Assembly (NCBI GenBank): GCA_965261395.1
Contig: OZ253462.1
Location: forward strand, 5,472,001-5,536,000
DNA: 64,000 bases
Reading direction: 5' to 3'
Source of the DNA: Candidatus Latescibacterota bacterium
GTDB taxonomy: Bacteria > Latescibacterota > UBA2968 > UBA8231
Shown here: in pieces, positions 46,608-55,674 of the stretch
Position numbering within the stretch: position 1 is the stretch's first letter
How the letters are laid out: every line of letters begins with the position of its first letter
Notes under the pieces: model-generated
What the model was told of the DNA's origin: nothing
Database searches by the model: none
Seen by the model: only the letters and a program-made list of their open reading frames with translations
Program-made: the position numbers and the translations under genes

Positions 46608-47939
46608 ATGCGCTTTGCCCTACTTTTTTTGTTTTTCTGTGCCTGTGCCAGTGAAACACCCGATCCACCGCAAGCCACCGCCTCGCCCGCCGACTCAGCG
46701 GCTCAGACGTTTGCCGCCGGCCGCGCGCTCCAAACTCGTGGCCTCTTCACCCAAGCCGAGCAAGCCTATCGCCAAGCACTGCAACAAGCCCCGGCTAACC
46801 CCCAATACCATTATTATCTCGGCGTTGCATTGCACGCCCAGAGTCGTTTTGCCGAGGCGCAGACCCAATTTGAAAAAGCACTCGAACTAAAACCCGACTA
46901 CGCCGGTCCCCGCATCGCCTTGGGCAAAATGCTCTATGATGTACACGGCAAAGTAGAGGAGGCTCGCCAGTTCCTCTCCGAAGCACTGGAACTGGCTCCC
47001 AGCGCGGTCGAAGCACGCTACATACTAGGTGTGATCCACCAGCGCGAAGGCCAGATACAAGAGGCCCGCGAAATTTTCGCCGCCATCGCCGCTGCCGACT
47101 CCACCCACCTCCAAGCCCGGCTACAGCTAGGCTTAGCAGACCTGAAGCTAGGCAACTACCAAGAGGCCGAGAGACAGCTCCGCCAAGTCGCGCGCCTCAG
47201 CCCGGACGAGCCGGCGGCGTTTCTTGGAATCGGACAGGCCTTGTTGCGCATGGATCGCGCCGCAGAGGGGCAGCGCGCCCTCGAACGCGCGCGGGTTTTG
47301 GACGAACAAAACGGCCAGCTCAAGCCCCACCAAGACGCGGTGCGCCAGCACCCCGACCAACCCCAAGCCCACTCCAATATCGCCGCCCTCTACAGCCGCT
47401 TTGGGCGTCTCAAACTGGCCGTCGAGCACTACCGCCAGTCCATCCTCATCGACTCGACCTATGCCCTAGGGTACCAAGGATTGGGCACTCTGCTCCAGCG
47501 CCGGGGCAAAGACGATTTGGCGGCGCGCTACTATCTCGAAGCACTGAGCCACGACTCGACCCTAGCCGAAAGCCACAACAATCTGGGCTTGATCTTTCAC
47601 AAACAGGGCGAATTAGAAAATGCCATCAGACGATACAAGCAGGCCTTGCAGTTCTCCCCGGCTACGGGCTTTTACCACTCCAACCTCGGTAATGCGTACC
47701 TCGAAATGGATCGGCTGGACCAGGCGCAGGCCGCCGTCGAGCGAGCCATCGAACTGGACGCTAAGCTCTATAGTGCCCGCGTACTGCTCGGCGATATCCA
47801 CGCCCGCCGCGGCGAATTCGCCCGGGCCATTGCGCTCTGGGAGGAAATTCCGTCCGGTGGGGCGGCCAGTGAGGCTTTACAAGCCAAAATCGCCGAGGCC
47901 CGACGGAAGCTATCCGCGCAAGAGCGCGCGCCGCGATGA
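46608..47939 (+). CDS. TPR lipoprotein
   Basis: MRFALLFLFFCAC signal/lipobox; multiple TPRs (HNNLG, HSNLG). Confidence 0.85.
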   Translation: MRFALLFLFFCACASETPDPPQATASPADSAAQTFAAGRALQTRGLFTQAEQAYRQALQQAPANPQYHYYLGVALHAQSRFAEAQTQFEKALELKPDYAGPRIALGKMLYDVHGKVEEARQFLSEALELAPSAVEARYILGVIHQREGQIQEAREIFAAIAAADSTHLQARLQLGLADLKLGNYQEAERQLRQVARLSPDEPAAFLGIGQALLRMDRAAEGQRALERARVLDEQNGQLKPHQDAVRQHPDQPQAHSNIAALYSRFGRLKLAVEHYRQSILIDSTYALGYQGLGTLLQRRGKDDLAARYYLEALSHDSTLAESHNNLGLIFHKQGELENAIRRYKQALQFSPATGFYHSNLGNAYLEMDRLDQAQAAVERAIELDAKLYSARVLLGDIHARRGEFARAIALWEEIPSGGAASEALQAKIAEARRKLSAQERAPR

Positions 47940-49432
47940 GCTTGGCTGTCCCGCTTGCCGCGCTATGGGTGTTCTGGGGTGGTTGCGGCCCCAGCCCGGC
48001 AGAGGAAGGCGACCGCTTGGTGGAAACCGGGCGCTCCTTGGCCGCAGAACACCGCTACGCCGAAGCGCGCCGCGCCTTTGAAAAAGCCCTAGCTATAGAC
48101 TCGCTCGACGCTGCAGCACACTGTGCACTGGGCGATCTCGACGCCCGGCTCGGGCACGTAGAGCGGGCCGTCCGGGCCTACAAAGCCGCGATCGCAGCCG
48201 ACTCCACGTACCATCGCGCCCGGCATAATCTAGCCATAGTCGAGGCCGACCGAGGGCACCTGCCACTGGCCATCGAGTTGCTCGAACACATTCCAACCTA
48301 TGTCCCCGCCCTCCGCACCCTGCCTCTCTTTTATGCCAAACAAGGACGCTACGACCTAGCCGAAAAAGGATTGCACACCGCCCTAGCTGCGGGTGGGGAA
48401 AACATTGATGTGCGGCAACAACTCGGCCGGCTCTATCTGCGCCAAGGCCGCTACGACGAGGCCCAAGCGGCTCTCGACCTAGCCCTTGCCCAAGACTCGA
48501 CCCAAGCCGAAAGCCACCGTCTGTTGGGTTTGCTGCACTTAGCCGAGCGGCGTTACCCAGAGGCGCTGGCGGCCCTTCATCGCGCGCGCGCGTTTGACCC
48601 AAACCTGATCGAGACCCACTACAACCTTTCTTCGGCACTTTTAGGCCTAGGACAGCCAGCCCAAGCACAGGCGGCGCTGGCGCGTTTTGAGACTCTCGCT
48701 GCTCACGCCGCCCAAGTCGCGCATCTGCGTCGCCAGCTCGACGCCGACCCCGACCACCGCGAGACTCGCTTGCAGCTAGCCCATCACTATCGGCAACTGG
48801 GTTGGGACGACGATGCCCTCACCCACTATCGGGCTACACTGCTGGCCGACCCGGACGACTTAGAGGCCCTAATTTCGCTAAGCGGGCTTTTGTTGGCGCG
48901 GGGAGAAGACCAAGAAGTGCTCGAACTATGCCGCCGAGGCATCTCCCAGCACCCGGAGGATGTACGCACCAGCAAGCTCCACTTCACCCGTGGCTATGTC
49001 TATATGCGGCGCAACCAGTACCAAGAGGCCCGCACGGCCTTCGAACACGCACTAGCGCTGGATTCTTCCTCGGCCACAGCTTGGAACAACCTCGGCCATG
49101 TCCAGCTAAGCTTAGGCGAAGAAGTGGCGGCCCAACGGGCGCTGAAAGCGGCCATTGCCGCCGACTCAACTCTAGCCGATGCCCACTACAATCTCGGCAG
49201 TCTCTTCTTGCAAAAGGGGCAGCTAGCTCAGGCGCAACGGGCCTATCGGGCGGCCATTGCCGCTGATTCGACCTTTGCGCGAACCTATTACGCGCTGGCA
49301 ACCGTGTACCAAGCCCAGGGCGCGATTCCAGAGGCACGCCGTTGCTACCAAACCTTTATCGACAAGTGGCAAGGCGACCCGGACTTCCTGCGCCAAGCCC
49401 GCGAGCGGCTCGCCCAATTGCCGAGTCCCTGA
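47936..49432 (+). CDS. TPR protein, probable lipoprotein
   Basis: ATGA overlap with the upstream stop; WGGC; TPRs with repeated AI(A)ADST. Confidence 0.85.
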   Translation: MSLAVPLAALWVFWGGCGPSPAEEGDRLVETGRSLAAEHRYAEARRAFEKALAIDSLDAAAHCALGDLDARLGHVERAVRAYKAAIAADSTYHRARHNLAIVEADRGHLPLAIELLEHIPTYVPALRTLPLFYAKQGRYDLAEKGLHTALAAGGENIDVRQQLGRLYLRQGRYDEAQAALDLALAQDSTQAESHRLLGLLHLAERRYPEALAALHRARAFDPNLIETHYNLSSALLGLGQPAQAQAALARFETLAAHAAQVAHLRRQLDADPDHRETRLQLAHHYRQLGWDDDALTHYRATLLADPDDLEALISLSGLLLARGEDQEVLELCRRGISQHPEDVRTSKLHFTRGYVYMRRNQYQEARTAFEHALALDSSSATAWNNLGHVQLSLGEEVAAQRALKAAIAADSTLADAHYNLGSLFLQKGQLAQAQRAYRAAIAADSTFARTYYALATVYQAQGAIPEARRCYQTFIDKWQGDPDFLRQARERLAQLPSP

Positions 49433-49433
49433 T

Positions 49434-51155
49434 ATGTCCATTCTAGTACTCTTCACTTATTTCCTCTGTCTGGCCTGTAGCCCCGCCGAAGAAATCACAC
49501 CACCTACACCGCCGCTGCACACCGCGCCCGCAGCCTCATCTCTCTACTTTGTCGAAGTAGCTTCTGCCGTCGGCCTGACATGGCAGCACGAAAACGGCCG
49601 CAGCCCTCAGCGCTACTTCCCCGAAACTATGGGCGGCGGGGGTGCCTTCTTCGACTACGACGGCGATGGCGATTTGGATGTTTACGCCGTAAACGGCGCT
49701 TTTATCGCCGCCGATCCGCAGGATGCGGCCCCTGTCAATAGCCTTTTTCGCAACGATGGCCAGCGTTTTGTCTCGGTCGCGGCCGGGGTCGCCCACCCAG
49801 GAGTCGGCATGGGGGTTGCCGCGGCCGACTACGATAGCGACGGCGACCTCGACCTCTATCTGACCAACTTTGGCCCCAACGCACTCTTTCGCAACGACGA
49901 CGGACACTTTGCCGAAATCGGCCGGCAGGCAGGGGTCGCCGATGCGCGCTGGGGCACGAGCTGCGCCTTTGCCGATTACGACCGCGACGGCGACCTCGAC
50001 CTCTATGTCGCCAACTACGTGGCCTACGATCCGGCCGCGGCCCGCGCCGACCAAGTGCCCTATATGGCCGGCTACGAAAGCTATGGCGGCCAAACCCCTG
50101 TCGGCTATCCGCATCCAGACAACTTCCAAGGGCAAGCTGATCTGCTCTACCGCAACGACGGTGCGGGGCACTTTGTCGATGTCTCGTCAAGGGCGGGCAT
50201 CGCCGATGCGAGCGGCAAGGGACTAGGAGTGATTTTTGGCGACTACGACAGCGACGGTTGGCCCGACATCTACGTGGCCAACGATGCCGTGCGCAACTTC
50301 CTCTACCACAATAGCCACGACGGGACCTTCGCCGAACGGGCGGGACTAGCGGGGGTGGCTTATGGTCAGGATGGTCAAATGGAAGCGGGCATGGGGGTAG
50401 ATTGGGGCGACTACAACAGCGACGGCGTACTCGATTTGACGGTGACCAACTTCCAGGCCGAGCCTAATGCGCTCTATCGGGGCGAAGGGGGTTTCTTTTC
50501 GGTGGCGACCTTTGCCGCCGGGATGGGCCTTCCGTCGCTGCCCTTCCTCGGGTTTGGCACCCAGTTTTTCGACCCCGACCTCGATGGCGATCTCGACCTG
50601 TTTGCCGCCAACGGCCACGTCCTCGACAATGTCCTCGACATCGACCAATCTACCAGCTACGGGCAGCGCAATTTGCTCTTCCGCAACGACGGCGGTCGCT
50701 TCGCCGAGATTTCCGCCGCGGCCGGCCCCGGCTTCTCCTTAGAGCGCGTCAGCCGCGGCAGTGCCACCGGCGACTACGACGGCGACGGCGATCCCGATTT
50801 GCTGGTCTTTAACTCAGGGCAAGCCCTCAGCTTGCTGCGCAACGACCAAGGCGACGTCAACCACTGGATCACCATCCAGCTCGCGGGGGCCAACGGCAAC
50901 CCGAACGGCATCGGCGCCCGGCTGACGGCGACCAGCGGCGACTTGGTCCAGACTAGGGAACTGCGCGGCAGCCGCTCGTACCTATCGCAGAGCCAACTCC
51001 GCATCTGTTTGGGACTAGGGAAACGGCCTCAACTCGACGTGCTAACGGTGCGCTGGCCTTCGGGCCGTACAGAGCGATTCGGCCCCTTTGCAGCCAACCA
51101 AGCCATCGCACTCGTCGAGGGCGATGGTGTCAGCGCGGCTTCTGACCCGCCCTAA
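49434..51155 (+). CDS. CRTAC1-family FG-GAP/ASPIC-UnbV protein, probable lipoprotein
   Basis: MSILVLFTYFLCLAC; DYDGDGDLD repeats; GIGAR..GLG..VRWPSG. Confidence 0.9.
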   Translation: MSILVLFTYFLCLACSPAEEITPPTPPLHTAPAASSLYFVEVASAVGLTWQHENGRSPQRYFPETMGGGGAFFDYDGDGDLDVYAVNGAFIAADPQDAAPVNSLFRNDGQRFVSVAAGVAHPGVGMGVAAADYDSDGDLDLYLTNFGPNALFRNDDGHFAEIGRQAGVADARWGTSCAFADYDRDGDLDLYVANYVAYDPAAARADQVPYMAGYESYGGQTPVGYPHPDNFQGQADLLYRNDGAGHFVDVSSRAGIADASGKGLGVIFGDYDSDGWPDIYVANDAVRNFLYHNSHDGTFAERAGLAGVAYGQDGQMEAGMGVDWGDYNSDGVLDLTVTNFQAEPNALYRGEGGFFSVATFAAGMGLPSLPFLGFGTQFFDPDLDGDLDLFAANGHVLDNVLDIDQSTSYGQRNLLFRNDGGRFAEISAAAGPGFSLERVSRGSATGDYDGDGDPDLLVFNSGQALSLLRNDQGDVNHWITIQLAGANGNPNGIGARLTATSGDLVQTRELRGSRSYLSQSQLRICLGLGKRPQLDVLTVRWPSGRTERFGPFAANQAIALVEGDGVSAASDPP

Positions 51156-53148
51156 TCTGCGCGACGAGTGCCCGGCCCAACGCTTCTTGCTGCTGCTCGG
51201 CAGCTACCTGCACGGCGTACTGCTCGGCGTCGGTCAAGCGGCCCGCAGTCATCAGCTCGGCGACGATTAGCTCTAGCAAGTCCGTTGTGAACGTCTTGCG
51301 GATGTTCGCGTCTTGCACTGCGCTCTCTAAATCTGCCAACGCCCTGACATGCCCCCCGAGCAAATGGTAGGCATAGCCGCTGATAAAGTCCTGTAAGCCC
51401 GAGGAAAAGTCCGGGGCCTCGCTCAAGAAGCGCAAGCGGTCTAGCAGGGCGTGGAGCGCGGCGCGCTCAGCCGGCCCAATGGGATATCCCGCGAGTTGTC
51501 CGCAACGGATATAGCGCAACGTGCTCCACAAATCGCCCCATATCGTATAAGGCTCCTCCAAACGGGCCGCGCGATAATAAGCCCGCGCACGTTCGTACTC
51601 CCGAGCGGCGTAACACGCGTCAGCCACGTTCAGCGCCAACAACTCCGGCCCCGCTCCCGTTCGCCAGCGCTCGACTCCACTCTGCTCTCCGGCGCTCAGT
51701 CCGTCCCACAGGACCGCAGCTTGCTGATGCAAGGTCTGCACTCGACGCTCGTTGCCCTCATCCAAAGGGGGCGCGGCCAAGAGCACGGCCATGGCCCGCA
51801 GCACGGCCAGCCGCTCGACGGGCAAGTCGCCGAGCCTACGGCGGTACTCGTCGGCTGCTGCCAACCGATCCGCAGCCCCGGGCGCGACCTTCCAAGGAGC
51901 CGGTGCTCCTTCCAACACAGCGACAATGGCCTGGGCCAAGAGCACTTGGCCGGCCGCCACCGGATGCAAGTGATCGGTCATCAGCTCCCAACCCACGCCA
52001 GCCTCCGGGCTGTGGGCGCGGAAGTACGCCTCGACATCGGCGAGGAGCACTCCTTCTTCAGCCGCGACTCGGCGTACGACCTCGTTTAGGGATGCTGTCG
52101 CCCGCCAAGGCCGGAGATCCAATTCACGCGCCTGCACATAAGCCGCCCGCGCCCTAGCCCCACGGCCCAACTGCTCTAAGTGATAGCCGCGCAAGAAGTG
52201 CAAATAGGCGTCGTCCGCATAGAGCGCCTCGGCCTGTTCCAAAGCCGCTAGCGCGGCCGGCGACGCTTGCCCCCGATGGCCCTGCGCCAAAAAATCCACA
52301 TAGCGCGCGCGCTTCCCATCCGGCAAAGGCGGCTCAACGCGCGCTGGCGCGAAACCGCGCTCGTTGCTGGTCACCGTACAAAGCACCAAGGGAATCCGCC
52401 GCGCTCGGCAAAAGGCCACCACATCGCGGAGATTGGCTTCCAAATTAGCTGCCGCTTGCGCCCGTCGCGGATCGGATGCCGGGATTGTCCCCGCCTTAGA
52501 CATCACCTCGATCAAAGGACCATCCGCCCCCTCTTTCCCCAACGGCCCTATCAGCTTACCGACCAAGGGCCTCAGCCGCCACTGCACCAGTGCGTAGTGG
52601 ACCCGCTTCATCCACACCGCTTGCCCTCCTTGGACCAGCGAGGCCGCCCCATAAACCCCGTATAACTCGTTGTGCCCAGTATAGACTACGACCAAGTCCG
52701 CCCCAAGCGCAGCTACGCCGTCTTCTACGGCGCGGGCCACGGCAAAACTCGAAGCAGCGGTGATCCCGGCGTTAAAGACCTCGATCTGGCGCTCTGGGAA
52801 GAGGTCGCCGAGCATTTCTTGGAGATAAGACGGGGCCGATAAACGCTTGGGATGGGGGTAACCCTGTACGGTCGAACCCCCGGCAAAGAGCACGCGCAAC
52901 GCGCCTTCGGGCGCGGGTTCGATATAGGGCCGCGGGGTCATGCGGATGCCGCGCCGGATAGGCTCGGCCATGCCGGCGAAGAAGCGACGGGCATAGTCCG
53001 GATTGACCGCATGGAGCGCCCGGCCCTCGACGCGAGCTAGTTGGGTGGCAAACGCCGGCGGATCCAACGCTGGGATCAGCCGCAACCCGCCTTCGATGAG
53101 CGCGACCAAAACCAAGCCGAGCAGCAGCGCCGCGAGCCGACTGCGCAT
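51130..53148 (-). CDS. SGNH/GDSL-type hydrolase with TPR-like helices, membrane-anchored
   Basis: GGSTVQG, NAG, YTGHNE and DHLHP (blocks I, II, III, V); N-terminal TM followed by EGGLRL. Confidence 0.8.
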   Translation of the reverse strand: MRSRLAALLLGLVLVALIEGGLRLIPALDPPAFATQLARVEGRALHAVNPDYARRFFAGMAEPIRRGIRMTPRPYIEPAPEGALRVLFAGGSTVQGYPHPKRLSAPSYLQEMLGDLFPERQIEVFNAGITAASSFAVARAVEDGVAALGADLVVVYTGHNELYGVYGAASLVQGGQAVWMKRVHYALVQWRLRPLVGKLIGPLGKEGADGPLIEVMSKAGTIPASDPRRAQAAANLEANLRDVVAFCRARRIPLVLCTVTSNERGFAPARVEPPLPDGKRARYVDFLAQGHRGQASPAALAALEQAEALYADDAYLHFLRGYHLEQLGRGARARAAYVQARELDLRPWRATASLNEVVRRVAAEEGVLLADVEAYFRAHSPEAGVGWELMTDHLHPVAAGQVLLAQAIVAVLEGAPAPWKVAPGAADRLAAADEYRRRLGDLPVERLAVLRAMAVLLAAPPLDEGNERRVQTLHQQAAVLWDGLSAGEQSGVERWRTGAGPELLALNVADACYAAREYERARAYYRAARLEEPYTIWGDLWSTLRYIRCGQLAGYPIGPAERAALHALLDRLRFLSEAPDFSSGLQDFISGYAYHLLGGHVRALADLESAVQDANIRKTFTTDLLELIVAELMTAGRLTDAEQYAVQVAAEQQQEALGRALVAQIRAGQKPR

Positions 53149-53151
53149 TTT

Positions 53152-54813
53152 TTAAAAGGCGGCCGTGTAGCGAACGAGAGCGTCTTGGCTAATGTGCACC
53201 TCGCCTGCGTACGCTTGTCGCAGCGAGTCGAGGAACGCGTCGAAGAGCACACCTTCGCGGATCTTGCGGATCTTGACGCGAATGGGCCGCTGCACCTGCT
53301 GAAAGGGCAGCAACGCCATCTCGTAAGGCTGGTCAAGGCGGAACACGCTGTATTTTTCCTGGACCTCCATTGGGCCTTGCATAACCCCGACGTCTTTGGA
53401 ATTACTGTCGCCAAAGAAGGTGCGGTACGGCGACTGATAGAGCGACTCGATAGTGACCCGGCCACTATCGACGAAAGTGTGGCCGCCCGCCGGCTTCATG
53501 CTGGACCGCACGGAATGACGCTGAGCCAACTCTGCCAGCCGCTCCCCACTGCGTGCCCGCGCGAGGATTTCTTCGGCCTCAGCACGGGTGTCGACCAGCA
53601 CCTCGGTCATCTCGATGACGCCGGGCAGAGAGCGGTAGGTCTCCAGATGTTGCTCGTAGTAATCCCGAACCTCTGCTTCCAGCACTGAAACCTTCCCCGC
53701 CACTACGTCTAAGCGCAATTGCGACACGAGCAGCGACTGCTTCTGGCCCTCGGCCCATGCTACCATAGCGGGCCACTGATGTCGCCCCTGCATACGGGCT
53801 TCAAGTGCCAACAGAGAATCCGGGAGAATCCACCGCTCAATAGCCAAAGCCGCGGCCGCACTGTCGGGTGGCAGCATCCCCTTCTTAAGCGAGCGAAGCC
53901 CCCGCGCGGCATCACCGACACCAATGCCCCCCTCTTCATATTCAATCAACGGTGCGTGGGGTTGATCCAGAGCACGACCGTGCAACGCGGCGAGCACGGC
54001 GTGGATGCGGTCCCGATGATAGCGCAAGTCGCGCTCCTCCTTGATCGAGTCAATCACCGCACGCTGCCGCTGTGCCCACTTGCGTTGCCCAACCTGCTCG
54101 GCGATGTCGGCGCGCACTTTCTCAAACGGAATGCGCCGCTTTTTGAGGACTTTGACGACCTCGTACCCGTCAACCGTGCGGATCGGCTCGCTGATCTGGC
54201 CTTCCTCCAAGTGGAAGGTGCCATCGCGCAGGCTGGGCACAGCACCCGCTTGGCCAAAGAAGGCACCGAGATTGCCACCTTTGTCTGCGTCGTCGGCGCG
54301 GGAATGTTGGCGCGCCAATTCGGAAAAGTTGGCCCCGGCCTCCAATTGGCGGATGATGGATCGGGCGTCTTCTTCGGTAGCCGAGAGAATGTGCGCCGGC
54401 CAAATTTCCCAACCGAGTAACTGTTCCTCGTAAGCGGCGCGCAGTTCCTCATCGGTCACCTTGAGCCGGGCGTCGATCCATTCGCGCGACAGCTCCTCGG
54501 CCAAGCGCTTATTGACCATGTCGGACAGCGTATGGGCGAGTCCGGGCAGTTGGTCTATCCTCCGCTTGTAGGCCTCGCGCAGCATAAGTTGCTTGTCGAC
54601 TAGGGTCTGTAGATTTTCGCTGCGGGCGACTATCCCCTCTTTCTTCGAGCGCAGATAGTCGGGTAGTGCCTGCTCGTAGCGGCGAAGGTCCAAGGCTGTG
54701 ATAGTCTTCCCGGCCACCGTGGCTAAGACCGTCTCAGGAGTGGCTGGTTCGCTTTCCGGCCCGCAACCTGCAACCACTAAGAGGAAGTTGCAGACAAAAA
54801 ATCGCAGAAACAT
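53152..54813 (-). CDS. Lipoprotein peptidyl-prolyl cis-trans isomerase (two PpiC domains), paralog of 13038..14735
   Basis: Lipobox VAGC; AHILS..FSELARQHS..KGGNLG; ISEPIRT.DGY. Confidence 0.85.
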   Translation of the reverse strand: MFLRFFVCNFLLVVAGCGPESEPATPETVLATVAGKTITALDLRRYEQALPDYLRSKKEGIVARSENLQTLVDKQLMLREAYKRRIDQLPGLAHTLSDMVNKRLAEELSREWIDARLKVTDEELRAAYEEQLLGWEIWPAHILSATEEDARSIIRQLEAGANFSELARQHSRADDADKGGNLGAFFGQAGAVPSLRDGTFHLEEGQISEPIRTVDGYEVVKVLKKRRIPFEKVRADIAEQVGQRKWAQRQRAVIDSIKEERDLRYHRDRIHAVLAALHGRALDQPHAPLIEYEEGGIGVGDAARGLRSLKKGMLPPDSAAAALAIERWILPDSLLALEARMQGRHQWPAMVAWAEGQKQSLLVSQLRLDVVAGKVSVLEAEVRDYYEQHLETYRSLPGVIEMTEVLVDTRAEAEEILARARSGERLAELAQRHSVRSSMKPAGGHTFVDSGRVTIESLYQSPYRTFFGDSNSKDVGVMQGPMEVQEKYSVFRLDQPYEMALLPFQQVQRPIRVKIRKIREGVLFDAFLDSLRQAYAGEVHISQDALVRYTAAF

Positions 54814-54831
54814 AACGTTCTCACCTGTGTA

Positions 54832-54871
54832 CAAAACTGCGCGGTACCGCTTGCCCAGCGGCACCGCGCAG
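54832..54871 (-). terminator. Probable intrinsic terminator between the lipoprotein and PPIase genes
   Basis: 15-bp stem ctgcgcggtaccgct / agcggcaccgcgcag (one mismatch), followed by TTTT on the minus strand. Confidence 0.65.
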
Positions 54872-54905
54872 CTAGTTGAATTTGGCTTGTGAACCTTGTG
54901 CTGCA

Positions 54906-55664
54906 CTATTGGCTGGTCGCCACCTTGCGCCCGTCGGGATAGATGCGGCCAATCTCGCGCTCAAAGTGCATTTCGACGTCCGTACCTTCTATGGGATCGC
55001 CCTTGTAATCGAAACGCACCACCACATCGGGAATGTGGACGGTTAGATTCTCCACATCCGGGGCCAGCGGCTTGAAGACAACATACCCTTCGTTCTCTTG
55101 GGCGCTGAACACATCCTCATCGGGAAACATCGTGCGCCGCAAGATGCTGTCGCGCTCTTTCAAGACCTCCAAGGCATTGCCGGACATCCCAGGGTCGTTG
55201 CCGCCGCTGCCGCTACCGACGTAGCGGCTATAATATATTTTGAGCTGTTCACGCCTCAGCGCGTAGTACTTGCGCCCGTTAGAGGTGGTTATATTGACCT
55301 TTTTAGGGTCGAGATAGACCTTGGGGTATTCGTAATTAGAAACGTATATGCGAAAGACGGTGAAGCGCTGCGGGGTGTCCCCAGTGCGAAAGTACGTCGA
55401 GTTGCCAAACGTGTAGGGGTTGCGCGAGTCGGGCCCCTCGTTGGAGTACGCGCTGAATTGGCGATTCAACTCCGCGTCGGTCATCGGCCGCAGGCTGATC
55501 TCAAGGCGCGCCTGTGTATAGGACACGGTGCCATCATCGGCCACTGTCTTGTTAGTCCCTTGCTCGGCCTCGCTCAGCGGCTTGAGATCTTCAGCATAAT
55601 AGCGATAGGAGCATCCCGGAAAAATCAGCCCGACCAGAAGCAGCGGTGTGAAACATTTCAGCAT
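54906..55664 (-). CDS. Hypothetical lipoprotein (paralog of 38035..38781)
   Basis: ATG 55664 with SD GGAGG; FPGC lipobox-like; same conserved blocks as the paralog. Confidence 0.8.
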   Translation of the reverse strand: MLKCFTPLLLVGLIFPGCSYRYYAEDLKPLSEAEQGTNKTVADDGTVSYTQARLEISLRPMTDAELNRQFSAYSNEGPDSRNPYTFGNSTYFRTGDTPQRFTVFRIYVSNYEYPKVYLDPKKVNITTSNGRKYYALRREQLKIYYSRYVGSGSGGNDPGMSGNALEVLKERDSILRRTMFPDEDVFSAQENEGYVVFKPLAPDVENLTVHIPDVVVRFDYKGDPIEGTDVEMHFEREIGRIYPDGRKVATSQ

Positions 55665-55674
55665 GGGAAACCTC